Source: Chrysomallon squamiferum (taxonomy: Eukaryota > Animalia > Mollusca). From it: 64,000 nucleotides of DNA. This document shows, piece by piece, positions 26,340 through 49,916 of this stretch. Location of the stretch: NCBI GenBank assembly GCA_012295275.1, contig CM022676.1, positions 17,918,001 to 17,982,000 of the forward strand, given 5' to 3'. Made by a program: the position numbers and the translations under genes. How positions within the stretch are numbered: position 1 is the stretch's first letter; every line of letters begins with the position of its first letter. The notes below the pieces were generated by a model. It made no database searches and had not been told where the DNA came from. It saw only the letters and a program-made list of their open reading frames with translations.

Positions 26340-28842
26340 CCAGTGTTTCATATCACACTCTTAAAACCTGCTGCAATGAGACCTGATGAATTGTCTCCCT
26401 TTTTTTCTTAGTTCACCTGAGAGTACTGGTCACCATGGAGCCTGTACCTGTCAGATATAGAACTGCTGCCTGTACAAGATATTCATAATTTACAATTTAT
26501 TAATTTCATAAAAAAAGAGAAAATAAAAGGAAAGAAAAAAACAATAAATGAATAAAGAAGAAAAAAGAGCAATAATAGTAAAAACAAGAAGAAATATTAT
26601 GCTAATATTAATGTATGATAGTTTCTTTGATTTTGCTTCTGGAGAGAAATACTGCATCAATTACTACAACAAGTTAACAGAATACTTAAATAAATGTTTC
26701 TTTGTTTAACAGTATAAAACAGTTCATTCACTGAAGTCAAGTTTACATTTGCACTGTTATAAAAACAAGAAAAGTATTCAGTAATTTTGTAATATAGTTT
26801 TCTAGTCATGATTTAAAACCATAAGCTTTTATATCATTTTATTTACATTGTTGTAAAATTACAGTAAACTGAATTTGAATAAAAAGAGTTAAAACTTTGA
26901 TTTCTGATTAAATGAAATATCATTTCCTGAAAAAGAGGTAATACAGGGAACTGTCACAACTAACTTTTCAGCAGAATTAGAAACACCATCACAACATTTC
27001 CAGGAAATCCACTCACATTTCCATTAATGAGGCCAGAGATCTTTCTGTGACATCTTTGAAAAGACCAAGAGGGTTTCCAGGGATGTCCATATAATCAAGA
27101 ATTTCATTTGCCTAACTTCTGAGTTCCTACAGATGAAAAAGAGAATTAAAATATTAAGTATAATAGCAAATTTAGTAATAATATGGAAATATTTTTATAG
27201 GCAAATGGATTTGTTTCTCTAACATGAAATTATTTATATTCTTGGATTAAAGTGGAAAGGTTTCTAGGTTGCGTTGAGTTGTTTTCCCTTTGTAAGTTTA
27301 TGATGCTAACTTAAGTTAGAAAATCTTTATATATCTGGAATTTACTCTTCAATTGTAATGTCAACGAAGGGTATTAATTATCATTGAATATTAAATAAAG
27401 AAAATACCAAAATAATGTAGCTTTAATTATAAAACAAGAGCTCACATAGATACAAGTTAACTATTTAACTTTCATTTTTCTTATAAATGTAATAAAAAGT
27501 AAGTGTAAATTAAAATATTCAATATTCAATAACAGAGTGACACAGAAAGATTAAATATAAAAAACTACTGTAAGACTGACATCTCCAAACAGGACAAAGT
27601 GGCACAGGTTTATGACAACAACACTAATGACACTGAAAAAACCATCAGTTCATTTTACTGATATATTTGAGAAAAACAGAGTCATTCTTGTGCATGTACT
27701 ACTTCTTTGCTGACATCTACATGTTGGAAGATCAACTAGGAGTGGCTGTTATTTCTCAACGCACAGACTTCACCTCTGGTAACACCAGTGACACAAAACT
27801 GTGTGACAAGGTTTTGAAAATGAATAAAAATCTACTGAAGATTATTATATATTTTTCAATTCAAAATGACAAACAACTGCTTATAACTAATGTAATAAAG
27901 TGCATCATTGTAATTTTTTACACTGACTAATACATACATGACCTGGGACTGTAACTTCAATGACATTTTAGGTATTCTTGCCCCTATAAAATATCTGACC
28001 AATAAATCACTTAAGAAATTCTTCAGTCATAATTACATAAGTGTGGAAAAGTAATATTTAAAAAATAATTAACTTCAGTTTTGCAGTTTCTTCTCAAGTT
28101 CAATTGTTTTGTGACAGGGCTATTGTCTCTCATACTAAAAAACAAAGAAAAAAACAATTAAAATATGGAAAAATAACCATTTTATATAATATTTTATTTG
28201 TATCCATATACATTTATAAACAATTTATAATGTTATAAAGAAGCTCTGTACATGAATGAATGTGACTGACTGAGTTGTTTTATATTTACTTACATGTCAT
28301 TTTAAGATGTGTTTATAACACAACATTTCTATCAAATTTGCTTTGTATTCATTTTAAACTAGGAAGTAAGTAACGATATACTGCCTTAACATAATCCATG
28401 CAATATTAAATCAGAATATGTTTATCTTAATAAAGGTTTTGGTTTCTTGGGTGATAAACTTTGACATTAAAAGGAAGTTGATGGAACAGAATTTAGATTA
28501 AATATTCCACCATTTGCAAGATGAGGGATCAGAGTAGTGAGAGAGAGACATTGTGTACATGTTTCAAAGAGTTATCAGACTCATAAAAGTATATAAATAT
28601 TAAGTGGTAAATTTTATTTGTGTGATGTCTTCTGTTGATCTAACATGGTATGTGTGTTCATTTTTTAACACATTTTATGTCACAGTGTATTAAAAATAGA
28701 ATTTTACAACTTGAAAGCTACATGTGTTCAAAGTCCACTGCCTGATGGAACATTTCCCAACCTATTATGTCCACTGTGTTTTTCACAGATATTGCCAGAC
28801 AGAGAATATGAGATGTATACAGACTTATCATGATGATGAAGA

Positions 28843-29042
28843 NNNNNNNNNNNNNNNNNNNNNNNNNNNNNNNNNNNNNNNNNNNNNNNNNNNNNNNNNN
28901 NNNNNNNNNNNNNNNNNNNNNNNNNNNNNNNNNNNNNNNNNNNNNNNNNNNNNNNNNNNNNNNNNNNNNNNNNNNNNNNNNNNNNNNNNNNNNNNNNNNN
29001 NNNNNNNNNNNNNNNNNNNNNNNNNNNNNNNNNNNNNNNNNN
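28843..29042. other. Assembly gap (200 N)
   Basis: Run of exactly 200 N, typical of a fixed-size scaffolding join. Confidence 0.99.
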
Positions 29043-29048
29043 AATTAA

Positions 29049-29473
29049 ATAAAAAAGCTACGAGTTTAATCTTTAATAAGCGTCGTAAGAAATGTGTTAA
29101 GAAATAGTTTATAAGATGACAGCGATTCATGTCGAACATTAAACTTTATTACACACAGTGTCGTGAGAGAGTGACATTTCATTTTATATCAAAAACAGAG
29201 TACAGTGATCATTATCTTCACGTGAATGAAAGTGATTGAAGGAAATGCAGTGTTATTTAAAGAACTGGTTCATGTTCAGAATAGAATCTGTCGCTTGAAT
29301 TCAGAGAGAGATAAAACCTGTGTGTTTACACTGCTATGTTTGTTAGTTTTCTCTGACTGAATTACATAAGTCTAAAAATATCGTATTCATAACAGTTGTG
29401 GCGTTTATACATGAACAGTTGTGTTTAACAGAGACGATTATTTCAATGTGTCTGTTGGACTGAGGCAATTTAA

Positions 29474-29551
<78 letters not shown>

Positions 29552-30306
29552 TATTATTATTATCATCATCATCATCATCATCATCATCATAATGACGTTT
29601 AAGAGTTGTAAAATTAATATGAACTCAAATAGGTCACCGCTAGGTGTCATGGGAAGAAGTTAAAGTAATCTGATCTCGATTCTATAGCACTTCTTCTTTT
29701 ACAAAATAAAGGTAATAAATGATAATTTCACACGTCATAAAACATGGTGTAGTAAAAGTTCTGTTCACATTTAAGCTGATCTTTGATCTCTGGCTGAAAA
29801 GTAGAGAAAATTAGTGAAAATGTTCACACAGACACACAGACTCTATTTCAAATTTGTCTCATATTCGACACAATACAAAATATTGGTGGATTATAGAATA
29901 TTCCAGGTAATAAATGTGGTTAGTTACTGATGATTCTTTAATTTAATAAACTATTTAAAAAAAAGAGAAAAAAATAACAAACAAACAAACACATAAATAA
30001 ATAAATTAATAAATAAATAAATAAAACATATATCTATTCACATTTATCAGCAATGTCAGTTTAAAATTGAGGAGTTCAAAGAAATTTTAAAAATTTGAAG
30101 TAATCACAAGAACAAGAAAGATCAGACAAGTTCTCGGCTCACTTGAACAAATGTAACAAAAAAACTAAATGTTTGACTGAGAGGATCTGGCACATTAAAC
30201 AGCTACCATTATGTTCAACACTAAACGTTTAAGAACACATTAATAAAATATATCGATAAGGAATAATAAATTCAAAAGAAAGCCCGTTATAAAAGTTCTT
30301 TCTACC
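29049..30306. repeat. Left arm of a diverged ~3.8 kb palindrome (partner 31740-32815)
   Basis: Collinear reverse-complement blocks, e.g. GCGATTCATGTCGAA, AACAGTTGTGTTTAACAGAGACGA, GCACTTCTTCTTTTA.AAAATAAA and GCTCACTTGAACAAA. Confidence 0.85.
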
Positions 30307-30474
30307 TCGAGTGTGTTTGCAATTCCGCGCTGTTCTAGCTTTACTTACAAGTGGAGGGCAATGTTCTCTTTGCTATATCAAGACACTGCTATTTATTTAT
30401 TTATAAAGAGACAGAGACAGCCAGAGAAAAGGAGAGAGTACGAACGACAGAATGATAGAGAGACAGAGACAGAA

Positions 30475-30549
<75 letters not shown>

Positions 30550-31445
30550 CTAATAAAGAACACTCCCTAGAACTGTATTTGCAAAGTTGTGGTGAGAATA
30601 GATCATTCGTGTTAATATGATAAAAGTATAAGTTTATTTGAATGACGCTTTAACAAAAAATAAATAAAAATAGTTCGATGTTCAGAACATGATAGAACAC
30701 GATCAATGCATGAATATCAATCTTTTATAATGACTTTTGTTAAACCTAACTCTATCTTTTCATATTTTTCTAAGGAAGGCTGTTCATTGTAAGTCGACAT
30801 TACAGGTCTGCGTGTCAGTATATTTACAGATTGAAAATGTCTATAGAAAAAGAAACAGGCCGACAGAGAGATTATACATAGACAACAAGGCAAACACATA
30901 TAGAGATACACACTGACAGACAGACAGACAGAGAGAGAGAACAAAACGAAACAAATAAACAAACATATTGAATATTTTATTTACGCTGTTTTAGATGAAC
31001 ATACTCAGGCTTAGATGCGCTGGTCAGTTCTGATTTATCGAACTCTGGATCAGGTTTTGTGGGAAGTATTTAGTTCGGGATGTCCCCATTTTTCCGGATG
31101 ATATTTTTCCTATACAGAAATCACTGAAACGTTGAAACAGTGAGGAACAATGGCAGTTCCTTTTTACTGATGCTCGTGCTTATTATGCAGAAATATTTCT
31201 CTCTTATCTCTTCGAAAATAAATGAACAAATAAGTAACTATGCACTCGTTGTTGTGTCTTTGACCGGTTTATTTATTTATTTATTTAATTTAATTTAATT
31301 TTATTTAATTTTTTTCTTGCTATATCAGTTTTATTTTACCTGCACAGAAACAAAGAGGCAAATCTAATTCGTTTCTCGCTATTACTTCATCATCAACATG
31401 AACATCGTTATCGTCATCGTTATCATTATTAAATTTTCAGCTTAC

Positions 31446-31726
<281 letters not shown>

Positions 31727-31739
31727 AGTTATATTAGTA

Positions 31740-32300
31740 AAGCTAGAAATAGACTTCATAACATGCTTCCTTTTGAACTGATATATATATTAATAACGTG
31801 TTGTCAGACGTTTAGAATGTAGGGTAAGAGTCGCTGTTTAATGTATCAGATCCTCAGTAAAACACTGTTTTTTGTTCTGTTTGTTCAAGTGAGCGGAGAG
31901 CTTGTCTGAACATATTTAGTATTGTATTGAATATCAGAGACAGCTTTGAATTGCAGTCTGTTTCTCTATGTGAAACTATTTACACGTATTCTCTGCTTTT
32001 CAACATGAGATCTAAGATCAGCTAAATGTCAACATAACTTTTGTAACACCATGTTTTGTGACAGTGAAAGTATCATTTATTACTTTTATTTTCTAAAAGA
32101 AGAAGTGCTTCAGATTCGAGATCAGAACGACATTTGACTTCTTCACACGATTAACTGTTCCTTCCCATGACACCTGGTGGAATCCTACCTGAGATAAATT
32201 TATGTTAATATATGCTAATTTATTCCTGCCTTAGCAAAATGGTAACACCATGACATACAGAAGCCTTCTGAGACCTTATATTAATTTTACAATTTTGAAA

Positions 32301-32350
<50 letters not shown>

Positions 32351-32815
32351 GTGTTGTTGTTATTATTTTAAATTATCTTGTGTGCTATTATATAAGCAGT
32401 CGGACACCCACTGAAATACTCGTCTCTGTTAAACACAACTGTTCTTGTACAACTTAAAAGTACGACTGTCTCCACTGACCTGTGGTTCAGTCAGGTAGAA
32501 TGAACAGAAAAACTGAGCAGTGTAAAAAAACAAGTTTTAACTCTCTCTCTGAATACGCGCCACAGCTTCTATTCTTAACATGAATCATTTATTTACATAA
32601 CACTGCGTTTTCTTCACTCACTACACATAAAATGAAGGCAGTCGTCGTTGTATTCTGTTTTTGATATAAAATAAAAGGTCTCTCTCCCACGACACGTTGT
32701 GTCTGCGTGTGCAATAAATTCTAATATTCGACATGAATCGCTTTGATATTGTAAAACATTTCTTAACACTTGTATTATGACAAATATCAATATTGAAACC
32801 CACAGCTATTTTATA
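31740..32815. repeat. Right arm of the diverged palindrome (partner 29049-30306)
   Basis: See the left arm. Confidence 0.85.
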
Positions 32816-33194
32816 GACAGGAGAAAACTATTCTCACTACAGTTTAGAAGTAAACACTATTTTAGAGATACCTTCTCAAAGACAGTAAAAAAAATGATTT
32901 TCAATTCATAAGTTTTGTAGCCATGTTGAACTGGAAATCAAACTTGTCTACACCATTCACTAATAAATAATAATTCATGTACTTTTATCACAGAGACAAT
33001 TATTTATTTATTTACACACTTTTTACTTATTTACTTGTTTATTTATTTGTTTTCATTTTGTCATGAATTAATGAATTAATTTATTATTATAATTATAATT
33101 ATTATTATTATTTTTTCACTCCAGTATATTTTTGAAACTAATTATCTTATTAAGTACTGATATGTAGGGAGGGTCCATTATTTGCTACAACGAC

Positions 33195-33317
<123 letters not shown>

Positions 33318-34980
33318 CACTGAACCACAGAGAGGCACTTGACTGTTAAGTGCTTTATTTTATTGTTTTCCATGTTCATGACAGGTCAGACAGGCATTTC
33401 TCATTAGTGAACAGTCAGATAGAGATAGATATATAGATAGAGAGATATACATAGATAGATAGATAGATAGATAGAGAGTCGTTGTGTATGAGAGAGAATA
33501 TATTTAGTTTATTTATTCAAAATTTACTTAAATATGTATTAATTTCTTCATATTCATTTTGGCTGTTCTTTATTCACACATTCATTTATTAATTATTCAT
33601 ATGGTTATTATGTCATCTAAGTGCACATTATTAATTAAAACATTCTAGGTGTCTCTTTTTGACTTCGTTTATAATATAGCGTAAAATAAAAACTCTATGA
33701 TTTTTTTTTTTATTGTTTAATTTCGTGTTTGACTTTCTCTGTTATTAGTTCATCTTCCTTCCAAAAAAAAAATGAAAAAAAATAAAATAAATAATAATAA
33801 TAACATTCAGTCAGTTTGATTACACAAATAATATCTCTCTTGATAAACAAAATGTTCTTTTTTACCTGTTTGTCCTGCAATAGTTATGACGTTATCCTTT
33901 AACAGTTTGATCCTAGTCTCAGTTGTGTGCCAGTACGAAGAGAGATAACTCTGTTCGCTTAGTTTATTATGAAGCACACACGAGTAGTTACACTGACACT
34001 TGAGTTAATTCTAATAACAGCGAGTAAAACAGCTACACAGCAATGAATAAACATAGGTCATCTTGACTTTGTTTGCATTACCTTAGAATAAATTAATACT
34101 TAACTTTGATTAAAAAACTAAAGCAAAATAAACGAAATAGCTTAGCTTTGTTAATATTATTATATAAGTATATTTACTATTAACCCACGGCAATGTGTAA
34201 GTCGCCTTCTTTACTTATTTATTTATTTATTTATTTACTTACTTGTTATTTGAAATAGATCACTTGGAAGTTGAACGTATAGTTACTTTGTGGTTTCATT
34301 TTGTCAAATGATCTCGTGAAAAAAGTTCTACGGTCAGTCAGCGGACTGCCGTTATTTCAGTCAAATTCTTTGTTTTACTGTTCAGATTACAGTTGACAAT
34401 AAACACAGTTCTTCTAAACTTGTATACAAATTAAAGTAATTGAGATTTTCATGAGAAGTGACATAATTACAAGAGCACAGTCTCTATACAGTATTTTGTT
34501 AATAACCCTGTTACATTAGAAAGAGAACAACGAATTATAGGAGTAGATGTTTAATGTGATGTCTGTGACAATAGCTTAGCTTTAGAAAGTTTGATACGTT
34601 GCCGATTTATTTTAGGCTGCTCTGCCATTACGATGAATTCAATAAAACAAAACAAAATGTGCATCGCATGTATTTAAGCAGAATTATGAGTGAGTTCATT
34701 CACTTAGGTGATAACACACTAATAACAATGTTGTTAATTTAGCTGCGCATAGTGATTACAAGAAGCCTGTTTATTAAGAATTAAAAAACTGAGATCATTT
34801 CACCTTGAGCGCGCGGTAGCCTGTTTACCTTCAAAGTGATGTCATTATCTATGAAGTGACGTACTTGAAAAATTGTCTGCTGTTACTGAAAAAGATAATT
34901 TTGTGTGTATGTATGTATGTTTGTATATGTGTGTTTATATATGTGTGTGTATGTGTCTGTGTGTGTGTGTGTGTGTGTAT

Positions 34981-35021
<41 letters not shown>

Positions 35022-35089
35022 CTGTATCTTCCTCTTTATCTTAAAATTATTCGGTGGATTATTTGGTGCCTTACTTGTTGAGTGGTTAC

Positions 35090-43570
<8,481 letters not shown>

Positions 43571-43976
43571 TTGTTTTCTATTCTTTTTTTTCTTTTTTTT
43601 TTGTTGCGAATGTGTGTGTGTATATGTGTGTATGTGTGTGTGTATGTTTATGTGTATGTGTGTATGTATAATTGTGTGTATGTGTGTATATGTGTATATG
43701 TGTGTGTAAGTGTGTGTGTGTGCGCGTGTGTATGTGTGTATGTGTGTATATAGATATGTTTAATAAAGAGTGAATACTGCTCTGACTGTGGAAAACAGAC
43801 GTGACGGGTAGATACCTGTCTGTGTATGTTTATATATATATATATGTAGAATATCGGCTCAGACAGGTATACATACATACATATACATATACATACATAC
43901 ATACATACATACATACATACATACATACATACATACATACATACATACATACATACATACATAGATAGATAGATAC

Positions 43977-44007
<31 letters not shown>

Positions 44008-45448
44008 CTCTCCCAAAAAAGAAACGCAAAATTACTGATTTCTTAGATACCTATTGTAAATTGACACATATCGATGTACAAACTATGAATATAAATGACA
44101 TTTGGTTATTCAAACGTATAGCTTTTGTTAAAGTCGCCAAAAAGCAGGTAACACAAAATAAAGGCTATGATCGTGTTTATGAGCCAAAACGTCCCCGAAT
44201 GCAAACCACGTTACCAGTGCAGGTGCACGTGTGGCACATGAAAGTTGAATACGAGGGTTATAAACATGCAAGGTTTTCGAAAACTTCTATTCATTATTTT
44301 TGTTCTCACCCAACATCAAACAAATGCCACGACTGAGTGAACCGCAACGAAACAACACCATCGGCCGTTTACAAGCTGGCGAATCCTTCTCGGCCGTAGC
44401 CCGGGTGTTCCATGTATCCCCAGGCACCATCTTGAGATTGTAGTATAGGTTCCACCGACACCAAACAAAACGTGACCGTCCCAGATCAGGTAGACCACGT
44501 GCAACCACCAGGGCCCACGACCGCTACATACGGGTACTTCATCTACGGAAAAGAAATACCATGGCAACCTCTAATGCTTCAGCAATACCAGGTATGTGTA
44601 GAATGTCGGCTCAGACAGTGCGCAATTGTTTACGCGAGGCAGGTATTCGAGCCAGACGGCCTGTAAGAAGAGTGGTTTTGACTCAAGAACGTCGTCGACT
44701 ACGAAGTCAATGGTGTCAATCTGTCTGGTTTAGTGACGAGGCTCAATTTCTGCTTCGTTCAGCTGATGGAAGATGTCGAGTTTACAGACGTCGTGGTGAA
44801 CGTTTTGTTGTAAACTGCATACAGGAAGCGGACAGATTTGGCGGTGGTAGTGTGATGGTGTTGGCAGCAATCTCATACACTGGCATGACCAACCTGCAAG
44901 GCAACTTAACGGCTCACAGATACCGAGATGAAATTTTCCAGCCATATATCGCTCCAGTTATGAATAATGGTAACGCTGTATTCCAGCACGACAATGCGAG
45001 ACCACATACAGCCAGACTCACAACAGCTTACCTGCACAACTATAACATTCAGGTCCTGCCCTGGCCCTCTAAATCTCCGGATTTGAACCCTATATAGCAT
45101 TTATGGGATGAGTGTGATAGACGACTGAGGCAGCATCAACCACAGAATCGTGGTGAGTTGACATTATTACTACAGACAGAGTGGGCCACCATTCCACAAG
45201 GTGTAACTCGTAATGTCATTACTGCCTTGGGAAGAAGATATCAGGCAGTTCTGGACTCCCACGGTGGGCACACAAGGTATTGAAATTACACTGTTATATC
45301 CTAGAACTTTAACCTTTTCAAAGTAATACCATCAATATTAATGAATTGCAAAAGTGTGTGTAAAATGTGAATATTCATCTCTTTTTGTTGATCCATTACA
45401 TAGATATTCCCAATGTCAATAAAATCTACTTTTTTGCGTTTTTTTTTT

Positions 45449-45450
<2 letters not shown>
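44008..45450 (+). mobile_element. Tc1-family (DD34E) transposon, near full length, inactive
   Basis: Left TIR TA|CTCTCCCAAAAAAGAAACGCAAAA; decayed right TIR TTTTTGCGTTTTTT|TA; contains a transposase pseudogene. Confidence 0.92.
44324..45283 (+). pseudogene. Tc1 transposase pseudogene
   Basis: MPRLSEPQRNNTIGRLQAGES..TILRL* (paired-like HTH), then SAQTVRNCL, VWFSDEAQF, FGGGSVMV, FQHDNARPH, WPSKSPDLNPI*HLWD..GGHTRY*. There are 34 residues between the second D and the TAG that replaces the catalytic E. Confidence 0.92.
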
Positions 45451-45520
<70 letters not shown>

Positions 45521-46229
45521 AGAGACAAAACGGATACCTAATTACGTTTAAATTGCAGTGAAAAATTATGTGTAGTTATTGACAATGCTAATTACTATAT
45601 CAATTATTTGTCTTTCGTTCTGGAATTTACATTCAGTATCCGAAGTAGACAGCATCCGGATTAGTCACGCCAGGGTTTGTAATTTGATAGGAAATGCCCC
45701 CCACCCAGTGGAATAGCACAGTGCATAGCATCCCTGTTACTCCTATCTTCTGGCACACCACTGGCATAGACAGTTAAATCTCAGTCAGAAGGGAAATGTT
45801 TATATACAAACAGTTTCTGACTACTACAGCAAGTGTTATCAGTGCTTTAATTAATTACTGTTTATGAAGGAAGTTGGTCAATAAATAATTTCAAATCAGA
45901 CTTTCGCTCTTTTTATTTTTCAGTTGTGTATCACAAGTATGGGACTAGAGGTGTTTGTAGCTGCAGCAAAAAAGAAAGTCAGAAAAACCTGAAATTTTAA
46001 GGTTGCGGAGTGATAAAATATTTTTGCTGCAATTTAACAGACATACTGTACTTGAAACTGTTGTTAAACAGAAACATAAATAATTTTGGGCAAAAAACCC
46101 CAACAGTTTGACCCATTTCCAATGTGGAAATATTTGTTATTCATATCAAAACCACAAATGGAAGGAATGTTTATAGTGAGATGCAGTTACAGACACAATC
46201 ACTACTGCTATATGTGTGGTATATTAGGA

Positions 46230-46362
46230 GGGGTTTGTGATTTACAGGGTTTGTGATTTACAGGGTTTGTGATTTTTACAGGGTTTGTGATTTACAGGGT
46301 TTGTGTTTTGTATTTACACAAATTTCAGGGTTTTCCACAGGGTTTTACAGGGTTTGTGATTT
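46230..46362. repeat. 16 bp tandem repeat CAGGGTTTGTGATTTA within an arm-specific segment
   Basis: About 5-7 copies are visible. The segment also begins CAGGGTTTGTAATTT at 45671. Confidence 0.8.
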
Positions 46363-46411
46363 CCTGCTACACTAGTTTATGTGTGTGTGTCTGTGGTTAG
46401 TCCAAGATTGT

Positions 46412-46524
<113 letters not shown>

Positions 46525-47339
46525 ATGAAATAATTTAAAACAGATTATTTGTTTATTTTTTAAAGTTAACTTATTATCAGTGTTAGTGAAATCAAGGGCA
46601 AGCTAATATGCATGTGTGTACGTATATATGTATGCATGTTTTTTTGGTTGCATACGTACACACACATATAATATTTCTCACTCTGAACAGAATAGAAACA
46701 AATAAATACATAAGTAACGAAAAGTAAATAATAATATCTGACACATTTATTTCTATATCTTTGTAATTCACCTGTTTACAAATATAAACACAAATTAAAT
46801 ACAAAAATAATTCATAATAAAAAAATACAAATTTATTTATCTGTTTTTCGTTTATTTATATCTCATCTATAAATAAATAAACAAAGAGTTGCTAGTCTTA
46901 GTAAAAGAAAATGGATAAATAAATGAAATAACAGTTCTTATTTTCATGTCTAACAACTAGGAAATACATACATAATGTATCTACATATTATATTTCATAT
47001 ACAAAAAACAAAATAAAAATAAAATAAACCAAAAAGAAAAATGCATAAATAAATAAGTAAATAAATAAATAATAACAGTAACATCATAAATAAGAAATGA
47101 GATGTTTATATACATGATGCACGTGTTAGACAGAAATCAGTTCATTAGAAATCAAAAAATTCAAATCAAGTGTGTATGACGTCATCACTGCTGTCTGACG
47201 TCATCAGAAATACAAAACGTAAACAAACATAAATAAATAAATAATCAAATAAATAAATAAATAAATAAATAAACAAATAAATAAAAATAGAAATACTACG
47301 TCAGTGATGATTAAATTTGTGTTTGAACGATGTTGTTTT

Positions 47340-48624
47340 TTACACTAAAAATAACAAAGCAGGTATTTGTCCGCCTGTCACACGTGTACGAAGTTGTCTG
47401 TCACTGTGTTTAGATTTGTGTGACTCAGAAAATCTACAAACAAAAGAGTCTACAACAATTTCTGATTCACCTTGAAATCCACACAATGTGTCTACTCCAT
47501 TAATATTAACAAACAAGCTGTACTCAGTGTCTTTAGTAATCTTCACTGGACGTCTGAACACGACGTCATACACGTCAGACACGACGTTTTCATATCTCTG
47601 TGTCAGTGTAGACCCGTCCAGTATTTCGTCTGTTCTTGTGTCAGTGACGAAGGCGCTGACGTCGTAGTTTTGTGGTTCAAAGTAACCGTACAACTGAAAT
47701 CCGCGAAGTAAAGCGTTTTTGTTGACAGAGAAAGTAATGGCGTCATCTTCTTTACCAGAACATGACAAGTAACAAACCAGTTCTACCAAACCTGTTTATT
47801 TTAATCTGTGTTTTGTCATCATTGCAGTTCTCTTGTTTGAGTTGAAAGGTGAAACATCTTCATCACTGCTCACCCAGTGTTTCAAAATCTTGTTTTCTTC
47901 TGTCTCAGTGAGTATGTGAGTGGGTGTCACGTGTTCTACAAAATACGTCTGATCGAGTAATGGATAACGCACGTGCTTCACGACCTCTCCCAGTGCTTCG
48001 CGCATGTTTTTTTCACTCGTCTCTCTCCCTTGCTTCCTGCACGCGCTGTCAGCCCACTTCACAGCGGCTTCAAAAACATTTTTTCTCGTCTGCTGTCAGT
48101 TCGTCTGATCGTACGATCTCAACCAGACATTCGTGACAAAGATCGGTGACTTCATCCGACTTCAAAACTTCGTCGCCATTTTCCAAAATGAAGTCCAGAG
48201 TTTTTTCCTTAGATCATGTTCATCAAACAGGTGAGCTTGTTCCAGCACGACGCACGCATTCTGTGACGACAACGACGACTCCAAATAATTTGTGCACTCA
48301 TCTTCAAGTGTTGTGATGATGTACTTCCTCGACAGATACAGCAGACCGGTGACGTTGTCGCCTGTTAGGACGACGTCATCCGTGTAAAGATATCTGTGTA
48401 AAAGAAGTAGAGTAAGACTTTAAAATGTGAGATAATTATGTGAGATTATTTAATTAGAAAATAATTATATTACTAACAAAAACTGTATTGTTATCAACGT
48501 TCGTGTCGGTTTGTATGTTTCGTTACTCACTATGTTCGTACCTGTGTCGCTGTGTGTGTCTGTGTTTCTCTGTGTTTGTGTATATGTGTGTTTGTGTATG
48601 TGTGTTTCTGTGTGTTTGTGTGTC

Positions 48625-48666
<42 letters not shown>

Positions 48667-48684
48667 TGTGTGTTTGTGTGTGTG

Positions 48685-48715
<31 letters not shown>

Positions 48716-48981
48716 TAACATACTTTAAAAACTCTGTGAAAATATCTGCCTGAACATCAGGCAAGATGATGCTGTTTTGTTCGCGAAGTTCTCCCATAAA
48801 CATTTTGTGGAAGACTTCGCTTCGTATCATCAGGATGAAGCGATGTGCATCCACAGTTGTTTTATCTTCCCCAACAATAAATCTGACGTCGCTGTCTGTT
48901 CTCTTTATGAAAAACGTGTTCAATGCTCTCCGTTAGTGTTTTCCCTGTCTGCCAACCTGTAACTTCTGCTGAGGTGGCCAT
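47340..48981 (-). pseudogene. BTB-BACK-PHR paralog with five single-base frameshifts (pseudogene or consensus errors); exons 48981-48724 and 48393-47340
   Basis: Collinear with 251-1815, with the same intron position and intact splice sites. Indels lie at ~48910-48914, 48201-48206, 48079-48084, ~47811-47814 and ~47774-47776. Confidence 0.88.
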
Positions 48982-49001
48982 GTTTTCACTATATAAACAA
49001 A

Positions 49002-49064
<63 letters not shown>

Positions 49065-49206
49065 CTCATATGAAATATAATTTTAACATGTTTCTAATAC
49101 ACAGCCTCACATTGCAGTGATCAGTTTTCTATATTCACATCTAGCTATGACCTGTACATAGAAATATTTCAAATACTAAACATTTTTATGTAAAAAAATA
49201 ATCAAC

Positions 49207-49848
49207 CTAAGATAATTTCTAACTAGCGACTACTTTCTGTTTAACGCCTGTACTGATCAATACTGCGACCAGAGATCTAAAAATAAATAAATAAAAGATA
49301 ACGAAAGAAAGAAAGAAAGAAAATAAGATAAATATATACCAAATCGATAAAAGACAAAAGAAGTACATTATGCTTACACTAGTGATTATTATGATGACGA
49401 CAACAACAATAATTATTATTATAATTATTATTATACACAGACATGTCTGTTCACAGTCAGGTAAAACATATTTAACCGTGGGACAAAATATTTTCAAATT
49501 GCAATGTACATATGGTCATTTATACCAATTTACTCCTCGAAAAGACAAAATAATTAACCACTAATAACAAATCTAAAAGAAACTCGATATCAGAAAAAAG
49601 AATAATAAGTGAGGAAAATCAAGGAAAAAGATGTGATACTTTTGAAATATAAAACTATATAAAATACCTTGTAAGTTGATCTTCCTGATCGACAATTTCT
49701 TATAAGCGACAATTTTCTATCAACTCAGTTATAGATCACAGATGTCACCGAGCTAAGAATAAATGAAATAATATAAAAATAATATGAAGTAAGCGATATA
49801 TAGGAAAAGGCGTGAATAAATAAAAAAAGAGAGCTATAATAGGATAGC

Positions 49849-49916
<68 letters not shown>

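Noticed and set aside
46230-46362. Interstitial telomere repeat
   Set aside because: The unit is a 16-mer containing CAGGGTTT, not (TTAGGG)n.
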